DNA of 14,611 nucleotides, taken from positions 43,034-57,644 of the forward strand of contig CP070655.1 of the NCBI GenBank assembly GCA_020354945.1, in the 5' to 3' direction. Below the pieces are notes generated by a model. The model saw nothing but the letters and a program-made list of their open reading frames with translations, made no database searches and was not told the origin of the DNA. Position 1 is the stretch's first letter. Each line of letters begins with the position of its first letter. The stretch is from Candidatus Omnitrophota bacterium (GTDB taxonomy: Bacteria; Omnitrophota; Gorgyraeia; JABMRG01; JAFGKX01). Of the stretch, positions 1-7,250 are shown in pieces. A program made the position numbers and the translations under genes.

Positions 1-11
1 TACTGGAGTAG
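1..11 (+). CDS. tuf: probable 3' end of an upstream elongation factor Tu gene (partial)
   Basis: (a)TA CTG GAG TAG can read I-L-E-stop, resembling the usual EF-Tu C-terminus (..VTKILE*). The order tuf-rpmG-trnW-secE is common. Only 11 nt are visible, so this is mostly inferred from context. Confidence 0.45.
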
Positions 12-74
12 TTATCAGTAATCGGTTATCAGTTTGGTGCTGGTAACTGAAAACTGACAACTGAAGACTAAAAA
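9..74. repeat. heptamer tandem-repeat inverted repeat (GTTATCA-type left arm, CTGAWAA-type right arm)
   Basis: Left arm 11-34 is GTTATCA GTAATCG GTTATCA GTT. Right arm 47-74 is CTGAAAA CTGACAA CTGAAGA CTAAAAA. Imperfect pairing 9-34/45-70 with a 10-nt loop. Confidence 0.85.
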
Positions 75-224
75 ATGCAGGAGCAAATTCTACTTACATG
101 TAACGAATGCAAAAACAGATGGTATTCTACCGTAAAGAATAAGAAGAATGTAACTAATAGATTAGAATTAAAAAAATATTGTAAGTTCTGCAGAAAAAGA
201 ACTGTTCACAAAGAAGCAAAGTAG
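75..224 (+). CDS. rpmG: 50S ribosomal protein L33 (zinc-binding C+ form)
   Basis: Not in the ORF track. Manual translation gives [49 protein letters not shown] (49 aa), with two CxxC motifs and the L33 signature LELKKYC..C...T.HKE.K. Confidence 0.96.
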   Translation: MQEQILLTCNECKNRWYSTVKNKKNVTNRLELKKYCKFCRKRTVHKEAK

Positions 225-248
225 TAGCAAGAAGTAGAGTCAGGAGTC

Positions 249-292
249 GTCAGACACTGAGAATTCTTTAGAGAATGAACATAGTGTCTGAC
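249..292. repeat. REP-like inverted repeat
   Basis: Perfect 10-bp inverted repeat GTCAGACACT (249-258) / AGTGTCTGAC (283-292), with an inner ATTCT/AGAAT stem (263-267/272-276). Confidence 0.7.
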
Positions 293-308
293 ACCTACGA
301 ACACGAGT

Positions 309-340
309 AAGACCTGCCGCTTTGATAGCGACAGGTTTTT
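309..340 (+). terminator. candidate intrinsic terminator or processing hairpin between rpmG and tRNA-Trp
   Basis: Stem ACCTG-c-CGCT / AGCG-a-CAGGT (312-321/327-336) with loop TTGAT, running into a T tract (336-340). The T tract is short and the stem has one mismatch. Confidence 0.45.
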
Positions 341-346
341 AATCAG

Positions 347-424
347 AGGCCTGTAGCTCTAATTGGCTAGAGCAGCGGACTCCAAATCCGCCCGTTGGGG
401 GTTCGAATCCCTCCAGGCCTGCCA
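347..424 (+). tRNA. trnW: tRNA-Trp (anticodon CCA)
   Basis: Acceptor stem AGGCCTG/CAGGCCT, D stem GCTC/GAGC, anticodon stem GCGGA/TCCGC with CCA at 382-384, T loop TTCGAAT, discriminator G and encoded CCA at 422-424. Canonical position before secE. Confidence 0.97.
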
Positions 425-470
425 GCATTTGATAAATATAGACTGGCCTTGACAGGGATGAGAACCCAAA

Positions 471-656
471 ATGTTCGCAAAAACAACAAATTTCTTAAAA
501 GAAGTTAAAGTAGAGTTAAAGAAGGTTAGCTGGCCGGACAAGAATGAACTGCTAGGTTCTACTACCGTGGTTATAATAAGCGTAATTATATTAGCGTTGT
601 TTATAGGCATTTGTGATTTTATATTTTCGAAAGCTATGCAGATTATAATAAGATAG
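471..656 (+). CDS. secE: preprotein translocase subunit SecE (short, single transmembrane form)
   Basis: FLKEVKVELKKVSWP motif followed by one hydrophobic helix; lies between trnW and nusG. Confidence 0.95.
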   Translation: MFAKTTNFLKEVKVELKKVSWPDKNELLGSTTVVIISVIILALFIGICDFIFSKAMQIIIR

Positions 657-664
657 GCCCTTTA

Positions 665-1195
665 ATGGAAAAAAAATGGTACGTTATACATACCCTGACT
701 GGAGAAGAGGAAAAGGTCAAAAAAAGGTTGTTGAACCTGAGCAAACTTAAGAATATCCATGATAAAGTATCGCAGATTTTGATACCTACTGAGATAATTT
801 CTGAGGTAAAAGGCGGCAAAAAGAAAATATCGGAGCGAAAATTTTTTCCGGGTTATATATTAGTGGAAATGGAATTGACCGATGACATCTGGCACTTAGT
901 TAAAAATATTATCGGTGTTACAGATTTCGTGAGTTCTGGAACAAAGCCGACACCGTTGCTAGATGAAGAGATTGCCAATATCCTTAAGCAAACTGAGGAA
1001 AAAAAGGAGAGGCCTACCCCTAAGGTAACGTTCGAAAAAGGTGAAGGGGTTAAAATAATAGATGGCCCATTCATAAATTTTAACGGGGCTATCGATGAAA
1101 TCAGTCCTGAAAAAGGAAAAGTTAAGGTCTCGGTAATGATATTTGGACGCCCGACACCTGTTGAGCTTGAATACTGGCAAATAGAGAAATTGTAG
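665..1195 (+). CDS. nusG: transcription termination/antitermination factor NusG
   Basis: N-terminal WYVIHT..G.E, FFPGYILVEM motif and KOW domain (GEGVKIIDGPF..F.G; IFGRPTPVEL). Confidence 0.97.
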   Translation: MEKKWYVIHTLTGEEEKVKKRLLNLSKLKNIHDKVSQILIPTEIISEVKGGKKKISERKFFPGYILVEMELTDDIWHLVKNIIGVTDFVSSGTKPTPLLDEEIANILKQTEEKKERPTPKVTFEKGEGVKIIDGPFINFNGAIDEISPEKGKVKVSVMIFGRPTPVELEYWQIEKL

Positions 1196-1201
1196 GAAAG
1201 G

Positions 1202-1242
1202 CAGCTTTCAGTTACTGATAACTGAAAACTGATAACTGAAAA
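1202..1242. repeat. heptamer array CTGATAA CTGAAAA CTGATAA CTGAAAA with a short inverted left arm
   Basis: Four units at 1215-1242 abut the rplK ATG at 1243. CAGCTTTCAGTTA (1202-1214) pairs at 12/13 positions with 1219-1231. Confidence 0.88.
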
Positions 1243-1692
1243 ATGGCAACGCCAAAGAAAAAGAAAAAAAGAAAAAAACCTATTAAAGCTCAAATAAAGT
1301 TATATTGCCCTGCAGGAGTAGCTAATCCCGCTCCACCGGTTGGGCCGGCCTTAGGTCAACATGGAATAAATATAATGGAATTTTGCAAAACTTTCAATGA
1401 ACAGACAAAGAACAAGGAAGGTCTGATACTGCCCGTTGTCATAGATGTTTATGAAGATAGGACTTTTTCATTTGTGGTAAAAAGCCCACCATCTTCAATT
1501 CTGTTAAAAAGGGCAGCTAGTATTGCAAAGGCTTCGGGCGTGCCAAACAAAGAAAAGATAGCCACGATAACAAAGGAGCAGGTTAGAGATATTGCAAAAG
1601 AAAAATTGACGGATTTAAACACCAATAATATTGAAGAAGCGATTAAAATTATTGCAGGCACAGCCCGCAGCATGGGAATAGACATTAAGTAA
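1243..1692 (+). CDS. rplK: 50S ribosomal protein L11
   Basis: [28 protein letters not shown] and [10 protein letters not shown] signatures. Confidence 0.98.
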   Translation: MATPKKKKKRKKPIKAQIKLYCPAGVANPAPPVGPALGQHGINIMEFCKTFNEQTKNKEGLILPVVIDVYEDRTFSFVVKSPPSSILLKRAASIAKASGVPNKEKIATITKEQVRDIAKEKLTDLNTNNIEEAIKIIAGTARSMGIDIK

Positions 1693-1701
1693 ACTTAAAA
1701 G

Positions 1702-1729
1702 CTGATTACTGAAAACCGATAACTGATAA
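1702..1729. repeat. heptamer array CTGATTA CTGAAAA CCGATAA CTGATAA
   Basis: Four units, with one base (1730) between the array and the rplA ATG at 1731. Same family as 47-74 and 1215-1242. Confidence 0.88.
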
Positions 1730-1730
1730 A

Positions 1731-2426
1731 ATGGTTACAACGATGAGTAAGAGAATGAAAGAGGCCAAAAGCTTAGTAGATTCATCAAAGTTACATAACT
1801 TGCAGGAAGCTGTGGACACATTAAAAAAGGTGCCGCAACCGAAGTTTGACCAGAGCGTTGAGATTTCAATAAAATTAAACCTGGATTTAAAAGAAAAGCC
1901 ACAACCTGTAAGAGGTACTGTAATTTTGCCGCATGGCACGGGAAAAACTGTAAAGGTAGCTGTTTTCTGCAAAGAGAAGGATGCTCAGGCTGCAAAGAAT
2001 GCAGGAGCCGATTATGTCGGAGACGCTGATCTTATAAAAAAGGTAAATACAGGGTTTTTGGATTTTAATATAGCCGTAGCCACTCCGGAGATGATGAAGG
2101 ATTTAGCGAGGTTAGGTAAAATTTTGGGACCCCGCGGTCTTATGCCGACCCCAAAAGCAGGAACAGTAACAAATGATGTAGCAAATGCGGTAAAAGAGGC
2201 CAAAAAAGGTAAGGTTGAGTTTAAAATGGATAAGACTGCTTGTATAAATATGGCAGTATCTAAAATATCTTTTAATGAAAAAGCTATTTGTGAAAATATA
2301 CGTTCGCTTATTCAAGCGGTTAAGCAGAACAGGCCCTCTTCTGTGAAAGGTCAATTTATAAAAAGTATCAATTTATCCACAACGATGGGTCCAGGAGTAA
2401 AACTGGATTCATCGGAGTATAAATAG
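1731..2426 (+). CDS. rplA: 50S ribosomal protein L1
   Basis: KFDQSVE, VRGTVILPHGTGK, LGKILGPRGLMPTPKAGTVT and STTMGPGV motifs. Confidence 0.98.
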   Translation: MVTTMSKRMKEAKSLVDSSKLHNLQEAVDTLKKVPQPKFDQSVEISIKLNLDLKEKPQPVRGTVILPHGTGKTVKVAVFCKEKDAQAAKNAGADYVGDADLIKKVNTGFLDFNIAVATPEMMKDLARLGKILGPRGLMPTPKAGTVTNDVANAVKEAKKGKVEFKMDKTACINMAVSKISFNEKAICENIRSLIQAVKQNRPSSVKGQFIKSINLSTTMGPGVKLDSSEYK

Positions 2427-2441
2427 TTGGGAGTTAAATTT

Positions 2442-2987
2442 GTGGAAGAACACCTAAAGCCTGGAAGGCTATTAAAACAGCATATGATAGATCATATTGC
2501 TGCCCGTTTACAGGGCGCTAGCAACCTATTTGTGACTGAGTGCGGTAGTCTTTCTAATAAACAGATGGAGGAGTTAAGAGGCAAACTAAAGAAAGCATCC
2601 AGCAATTATATGGTGGTTAAGAATTCTATGTCCATAATGGCATTAGAAAAGATTAATTTAGATATGACCAGGGATCTTATTAAAGGCACATGTGGAATTA
2701 GTTACAATTCAAAAGATCCTGTAATGACATCTAAAATCTTGGTAAATTTTACTAAAGAATATAAAGAATTTAAATTCAAAGGAGCCTGCATAGAGGGAAA
2801 AGTGGTTTCTGCGGACACAATAAAAGAGATAGCCGCTATACCGCCTCGAGAAATATTATTGGCTAGGCTCGTTTCTTCGCTCAATAGCCCGATAAAGGAC
2901 ATGGCAGGAGTATTATACGGAATTATAAGGAAATTGGTTTATGCATTAAATGCAATAAAAGATAAAAAACAAGAAGGAGGAAATTAA
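2442..2987 (+). CDS. rplJ: 50S ribosomal protein L10
   Basis: L10 features (LRGKLKK...YMVVKNS; [14 protein letters not shown]) and position between rplA and rplL. Start placed at GTG 2442, which has GGGAG at 2429-2433 upstream, rather than the track's TTG 2427. Confidence 0.93.
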   Translation: MEEHLKPGRLLKQHMIDHIAARLQGASNLFVTECGSLSNKQMEELRGKLKKASSNYMVVKNSMSIMALEKINLDMTRDLIKGTCGISYNSKDPVMTSKILVNFTKEYKEFKFKGACIEGKVVSADTIKEIAAIPPREILLARLVSSLNSPIKDMAGVLYGIIRKLVYALNAIKDKKQEGGN

Positions 2988-2988
2988 C

Positions 2989-3489
2989 ATGGCAGATGAG
3001 GCAAAAAAACAAGAGAGTAAAGCAGTCGAAGAAAAAAAGAAGCAACCAGCGGAAGGGGCAAAGCAGGAATCTGCAAAAGCTGCAAGCGAGACAAAAGAAG
3101 TAGAGATGACTAAAGAGCAAGAGAAATTTGTTAAGAATATTGAAAGTATGTCTGTTTTAGAGTTATCGAAGCTTGTAAAAGTCTTAGAGGAAAAATTTGG
3201 TGTTCAAGCAGCAGCTCCTGCTGTATTTGCTGCTGGCGCAGTTGCTTCTGGAGCAGCGGCAGAAGAGGAAGAAGAAAAGGTCGCTTTTAATGTTGAACTG
3301 TCTGAGATAGGCGCGAACAAAATTCAGGTCATAAAAGAAATTCGTGCAGTGACTACCCTCGGCCTTAAAGAGGCGAAAGATCTTGTCGATTCTGCTCCTA
3401 AAATGGTTAAGGAAAATGCGACAAAAGAAGAAGCAGAAGAGATAAAGAAAAAGTTAGAAGCGGTAGGCGCAAAGGTGACGTTGAAATAG
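2989..3489 (+). CDS. rplL: 50S ribosomal protein L7/L12 with N-terminal extension
   Basis: [18 protein letters not shown], alanine-rich hinge, [23 protein letters not shown]. Strong SD AAGGAGG at 2974-2980. Confidence 0.97.
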   Translation: MADEAKKQESKAVEEKKKQPAEGAKQESAKAASETKEVEMTKEQEKFVKNIESMSVLELSKLVKVLEEKFGVQAAAPAVFAAGAVASGAAAEEEEEKVAFNVELSEIGANKIQVIKEIRAVTTLGLKEAKDLVDSAPKMVKENATKEEAEEIKKKLEAVGAKVTLK

Positions 3490-3491
3490 AA

Positions 3492-3534
3492 TTAGGAACG
3501 TTTCTCGAACCTAGCAAAAAAGGGACGTTCCTAA
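3492..3534. repeat. REP-like inverted repeat in the rplL-rpoB spacer
   Basis: TTAGGAACGTTTCT (3492-3505) / AGGGACGTTCCTAA (3521-3534): 14-bp stem with two G-U pairs and a 15-nt loop. No downstream U tract. Confidence 0.75.
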
Positions 3535-3545
3535 ACGAGGGGAAA

Positions 3546-6500
3546 ATGCCAAAAAAGAGGAAAGATTTTTCCAAACTCAAACAAGTATACAGAATACCAC
3601 ATCTGTTAGATGTTCAGATTAACTCATATAGAGAATTTTTACAGCAAGATGTAGCAAAAATGAAACGCAAACACCAGGGCCTGCAGCAGGTATTTGAAGA
3701 AATATTTCCTATCGAGAGTTATGACAGAGAATACAGACTGGAATTTGTTAATTACACCTTAAGCAAACCTAAATATAATATCGATGAATGCAAAACTAGA
3801 GGGATGACTTATGCCGCTATTTTGAAAATAAAGGTTAGATTAAGAGGTAAAAAGGAGATAAAGGAACAAGAGGTCTATATAGGAGAATTACCACTTATGA
3901 CCCCTGTCGGAACTTTTGTCATAAACGGTGAAGAGCGGGTAGTTGTAAGCCAGTTGCATCGTTCTCCAGGCGTATCTTTTGAGTACGAATTACACCCAAG
4001 CGGCAAAAAGTTATATTCTGCCCGAATAATCCCTTATCGGGGTGCATGGATTGAGTTTGAATTCGATGCATATGGCGTTCTCCATGTTGTTATAGATAGG
4101 CGCAGAAAAATTTTAGCCACCACATTGCTAAGAGCGATGGGATTATCTAAAGACGAAGACATATTAAGAGAATTTGGCGGCATAAAAGAAATAAGATCGC
4201 CTAAAAAAGAAGATATTAAAAAGCTGATAGGGCTCTATACTGCAGCAGATATAGTAGAAGAAGGGACAGATATAGTAATTTTGCCAAAGCGTGAGAAGAT
4301 TACCGCAGAATCTGTTCATAGACTTGCCCATCATAAAATAAAATCGATTAAAGTTATAGAAAGACCGGTTAAAGAGCTTATGGATACTTTGCACAGAGAT
4401 CATACCAAATCTAAAGAAGATGCACTTTTGGATATATACAGGAAACTGCGTCCAGGCGATCCAGCTACCATTGAAAGCGCGACAGCATTGATTACCAGGT
4501 TGTTCTTTGATGCAAGAAGATATGATTTAGGTCGGGTTGGTCGTTATATTTTAAATAGAAAGCTAAACATGAAAGTTCCTTTGTCAAAACGAATAATTGA
4601 CCTTCAGATTATATTAATAGCTATAAGGGATCTTATAAGGCGCAAGCAGGTGGAAGCCCCGCCTGACGATATAGACCATTTAGGCAATAGAAGAGTGCGT
4701 ACAGTTGGAGAACTTCTGCAGAATCAATTCAGAATAGCTTTAGCCAGAATGGAACGTGCGGCAAGAGAAAGACTCTCTATTTATGAATTAGAAACTGTAC
4801 TGCCATATAATCTGATTAACTCCAAGATAGTCTCTGCAATGGTTAGGGATTTTTTTGGCAGGAGCCAGCTCTCACAGTTTATGGATCAAACCAATCCATT
4901 AGCAGAAATGACCCACAAAAGAAGAGTTTCTGCGTTGGGCCCGGGAGGGCTTTCAAGAGAAAGGGCAGGTTTTGAAGTCAGAGATGTGCATTATTCTCAT
5001 TATGGTAGAATCTGCCCGATAGAAACCCCTGAAGGCCCTAACATAGGCCTTATTGCTTCATTAAGCACATACTCTCGCATCAATGAATTTGGTTTTATAG
5101 AGACACCATATCGCAAAGTAGAAAACTCAAGCGTAACAGATAAAATTGAGTATTTATCTGCTGATGTTGAGGATAACTATTATATCGCTCAGGCAAATTC
5201 GAAGGTTGACAAATCCGGCCGGTTTCTTAATAGAATGGTGTTTTGTAGATACAAGAACAACTTTTTGATGGCTCCCGGTAAAGATGTTCAATACATGGAT
5301 GTTTCGCCAGCTCAGTTAGTAAGCATTGCAGCCAGCCTTATACCATTCTTAGAACACGACGATGCAAATAGAGCATTAATGGGATCTAATATGCAAAGGC
5401 AGGCAGTTCCGTTACTCTATCCCGAAGCGCCATTAGTTGGCACAGGCATAGAAGGAAAGTGTGCATATGATTCAGGCGCTATAATAACTGCCAGGGCAGA
5501 TGGTAAAGTTAAACATGTCCAGTCTGATATGATAAAAATCGGCCAGATTGCATATAAGTTAAAGAAATTTAGAAGATCAAATGCATCTACGTGTGTCAAT
5601 CAAAGGTCTATCGTAAAAATTGGCCAAAAGGTTAAGAAGGGGGATGTAATCGCAGATGGTTTTTCGACTAAAGATGGCGAATTAGCATTAGGGCGTAACA
5701 TATTAGTAGCATTCATGCCATGGCGTGGTTATAACTTTGAGGATGCTATATTAATAAGTGAAAAGGCTGTAAAAGAGGATGTTTATACTTCTGTGCATAT
5801 AGAAGAATTTGACATTGAGGCCAGGGATACCAGATTAGGGCCTGAAGAAATAACCAGAGATATACCCAATGTTGCTGAAGAAGCATTGGGCAACCTTGAT
5901 GAGGGTGGTATCGTCAGAATAGGAGCAGAAGTAACAGCTGGAGATATATTAGTGGGTAAAGTATCGCCAAAGAGCGAAACCGAGCTTTCTCCTGAAGAGA
6001 AGTTATTGCGGGCAATATTTGGCGAGAAGGCCGGCGATGTAAGAGACGCATCTTTGGTAGTTCCACCGGGAGTGGAGGGGATTGTAGTTGATGTTAAAAT
6101 CTTCTCCAGAAAAACTCGAAAACCGAGAAGCAAAGAAGAACTAAAGAAAGAATTAGACCAGATTGATGAGATAAAGAAATTTTATACATCCCAAATAGAA
6201 AATTTACGAAAGGAAAAACTACAAAAATTAGCAAAACTACTTGAAGGTCAAAAGATAACCGCAAGTTTACTCGATAAGCAGACAGCCGAGGTATTAGTCC
6301 CGGCAGGCAAAGTAATAAGGTCGCACCATATAAAAAAATTGACAAAATGCGATATATCCACCTTGCGTTTAGCAGATGAAAACCAGCAGCTTGAAGAAAA
6401 AATCGAAAGTGCAATGAGAATTTTCGATGAGCAGATTGAGGAACTAACATACGAACAAGATAGAGAAATCGATAAGATAAAAAGAGGAGACGAACTTCCA

Positions 6501-7250
6501 CCAGGGATACTTAAGAGAGTCATAGTAAATGTTGCCAGCAAAAGAAGGATTTCAGTCGGAGATAAAATTGCAGGCCGCCACGGCAACAAAGGTGTGATTG
6601 CCAAGATACTTCCCGAAGAAGATATGCCTTATATGCCGGATGGCACCCCTGTCGATTTAATCTTAAATCCCTTAGGAGTTCCTTCTCGTATGAATGTAGG
6701 ACAGATATTAGAAACTCATTTAGGTTGGGCTGCAAAGGTATTGGGGTTTAAGGTGATAAGCCCTGTATTTGATGGAGCTTTTGAAGAAGAGATCAAAGAA
6801 TCTATGCATAAGGCGGATTTACCAAAGGATGGCAAAATAACATTGCGCGATGGTTTTACAGGGGAGGAATTCGAGCAAAATGTGACAGTAGGATATATCT
6901 ACATGATGAAACTTATACATTTAGTCGATGATAAGATACACGCTCGTTCAATCGGTCCATATTCTTTAGTGACCCAGCAGCCATTAGGGGGGAAGGCTCA
7001 ATTTGGCGGACAGAGATTGGGCGAAATGGAGGTATGGGCATTAGAAGCATATGGCGCTTCACACACTCTACAGGAATTGCTTACAGTAAAAAGTGATGAT
7101 GTCACCGGCAGAACCAAAGTTTATGAGTCAATAGTAAAGGGTGAACATGCCTTACAGCCGGGGACACCTGAATCTTTTAATGTCTTATTAAAGGAGCTGC
7201 AAAGTTTAGGATTGGATATAAGAGCTGAAAGAACGGAGAAGGGCCTATGA
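3546..7250 (+). CDS. rpoB: DNA-directed RNA polymerase subunit beta
   Basis: [42 protein letters not shown] and [18 protein letters not shown] motifs; 1234 aa. Confidence 0.99.
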   Translation: MPKKRKDFSKLKQVYRIPHLLDVQINSYREFLQQDVAKMKRKHQGLQQVFEEIFPIESYDREYRLEFVNYTLSKPKYNIDECKTRGMTYAAILKIKVRLRGKKEIKEQEVYIGELPLMTPVGTFVINGEERVVVSQLHRSPGVSFEYELHPSGKKLYSARIIPYRGAWIEFEFDAYGVLHVVIDRRRKILATTLLRAMGLSKDEDILREFGGIKEIRSPKKEDIKKLIGLYTAADIVEEGTDIVILPKREKITAESVHRLAHHKIKSIKVIERPVKELMDTLHRDHTKSKEDALLDIYRKLRPGDPATIESATALITRLFFDARRYDLGRVGRYILNRKLNMKVPLSKRIIDLQIILIAIRDLIRRKQVEAPPDDIDHLGNRRVRTVGELLQNQFRIALARMERAARERLSIYELETVLPYNLINSKIVSAMVRDFFGRSQLSQFMDQTNPLAEMTHKRRVSALGPGGLSRERAGFEVRDVHYSHYGRICPIETPEGPNIGLIASLSTYSRINEFGFIETPYRKVENSSVTDKIEYLSADVEDNYYIAQANSKVDKSGRFLNRMVFCRYKNNFLMAPGKDVQYMDVSPAQLVSIAASLIPFLEHDDANRALMGSNMQRQAVPLLYPEAPLVGTGIEGKCAYDSGAIITARADGKVKHVQSDMIKIGQIAYKLKKFRRSNASTCVNQRSIVKIGQKVKKGDVIADGFSTKDGELALGRNILVAFMPWRGYNFEDAILISEKAVKEDVYTSVHIEEFDIEARDTRLGPEEITRDIPNVAEEALGNLDEGGIVRIGAEVTAGDILVGKVSPKSETELSPEEKLLRAIFGEKAGDVRDASLVVPPGVEGIVVDVKIFSRKTRKPRSKEELKKELDQIDEIKKFYTSQIENLRKEKLQKLAKLLEGQKITASLLDKQTAEVLVPAGKVIRSHHIKKLTKCDISTLRLADENQQLEEKIESAMRIFDEQIEELTYEQDREIDKIKRGDELPPGILKRVIVNVASKRRISVGDKIAGRHGNKGVIAKILPEEDMPYMPDGTPVDLILNPLGVPSRMNVGQILETHLGWAAKVLGFKVISPVFDGAFEEEIKESMHKADLPKDGKITLRDGFTGEEFEQNVTVGYIYMMKLIHLVDDKIHARSIGPYSLVTQQPLGGKAQFGGQRLGEMEVWALEAYGASHTLQELLTVKSDDVTGRTKVYESIVKGEHALQPGTPESFNVLLKELQSLGLDIRAERTEKGL

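Noticed and set aside
356-373. Unusual tRNA-Trp D arm (GCTCTA/TAGAGC extended pairing) as a suppressor or recoding tRNA
   Set aside because: The anticodon is the standard CCA, TGA is used as stop in rpoB, rpoC and rpsG, and D-loop length variation is common.
449-477. Perfect TTGACA -35 hexamer upstream of secE
   Set aside because: No -10-like hexamer at 16-18 nt spacing; that position falls on the secE start region (TGTTCG).
11-1729. Heptamer arrays as CRISPR repeats or replication iterons
   Set aside because: Units are 7 nt, contiguous and without spacers. No cas, rep or dnaA genes are in the window.
2427-2441. TTG start of rplJ at 2427, or rplA-rplJ readthrough fusion (same frame, single TAG)
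   Set aside because: GTG 2442 has a suitably spaced GGGAG. Other genes end in TAG normally (rpmG, secE, nusG, rplL), so there is no sign of recoding.
4852-4950. Intrinsic rifampicin resistance
   Set aside because: Residues equivalent to E. coli Q513, D516, H526 and S531 are conserved.
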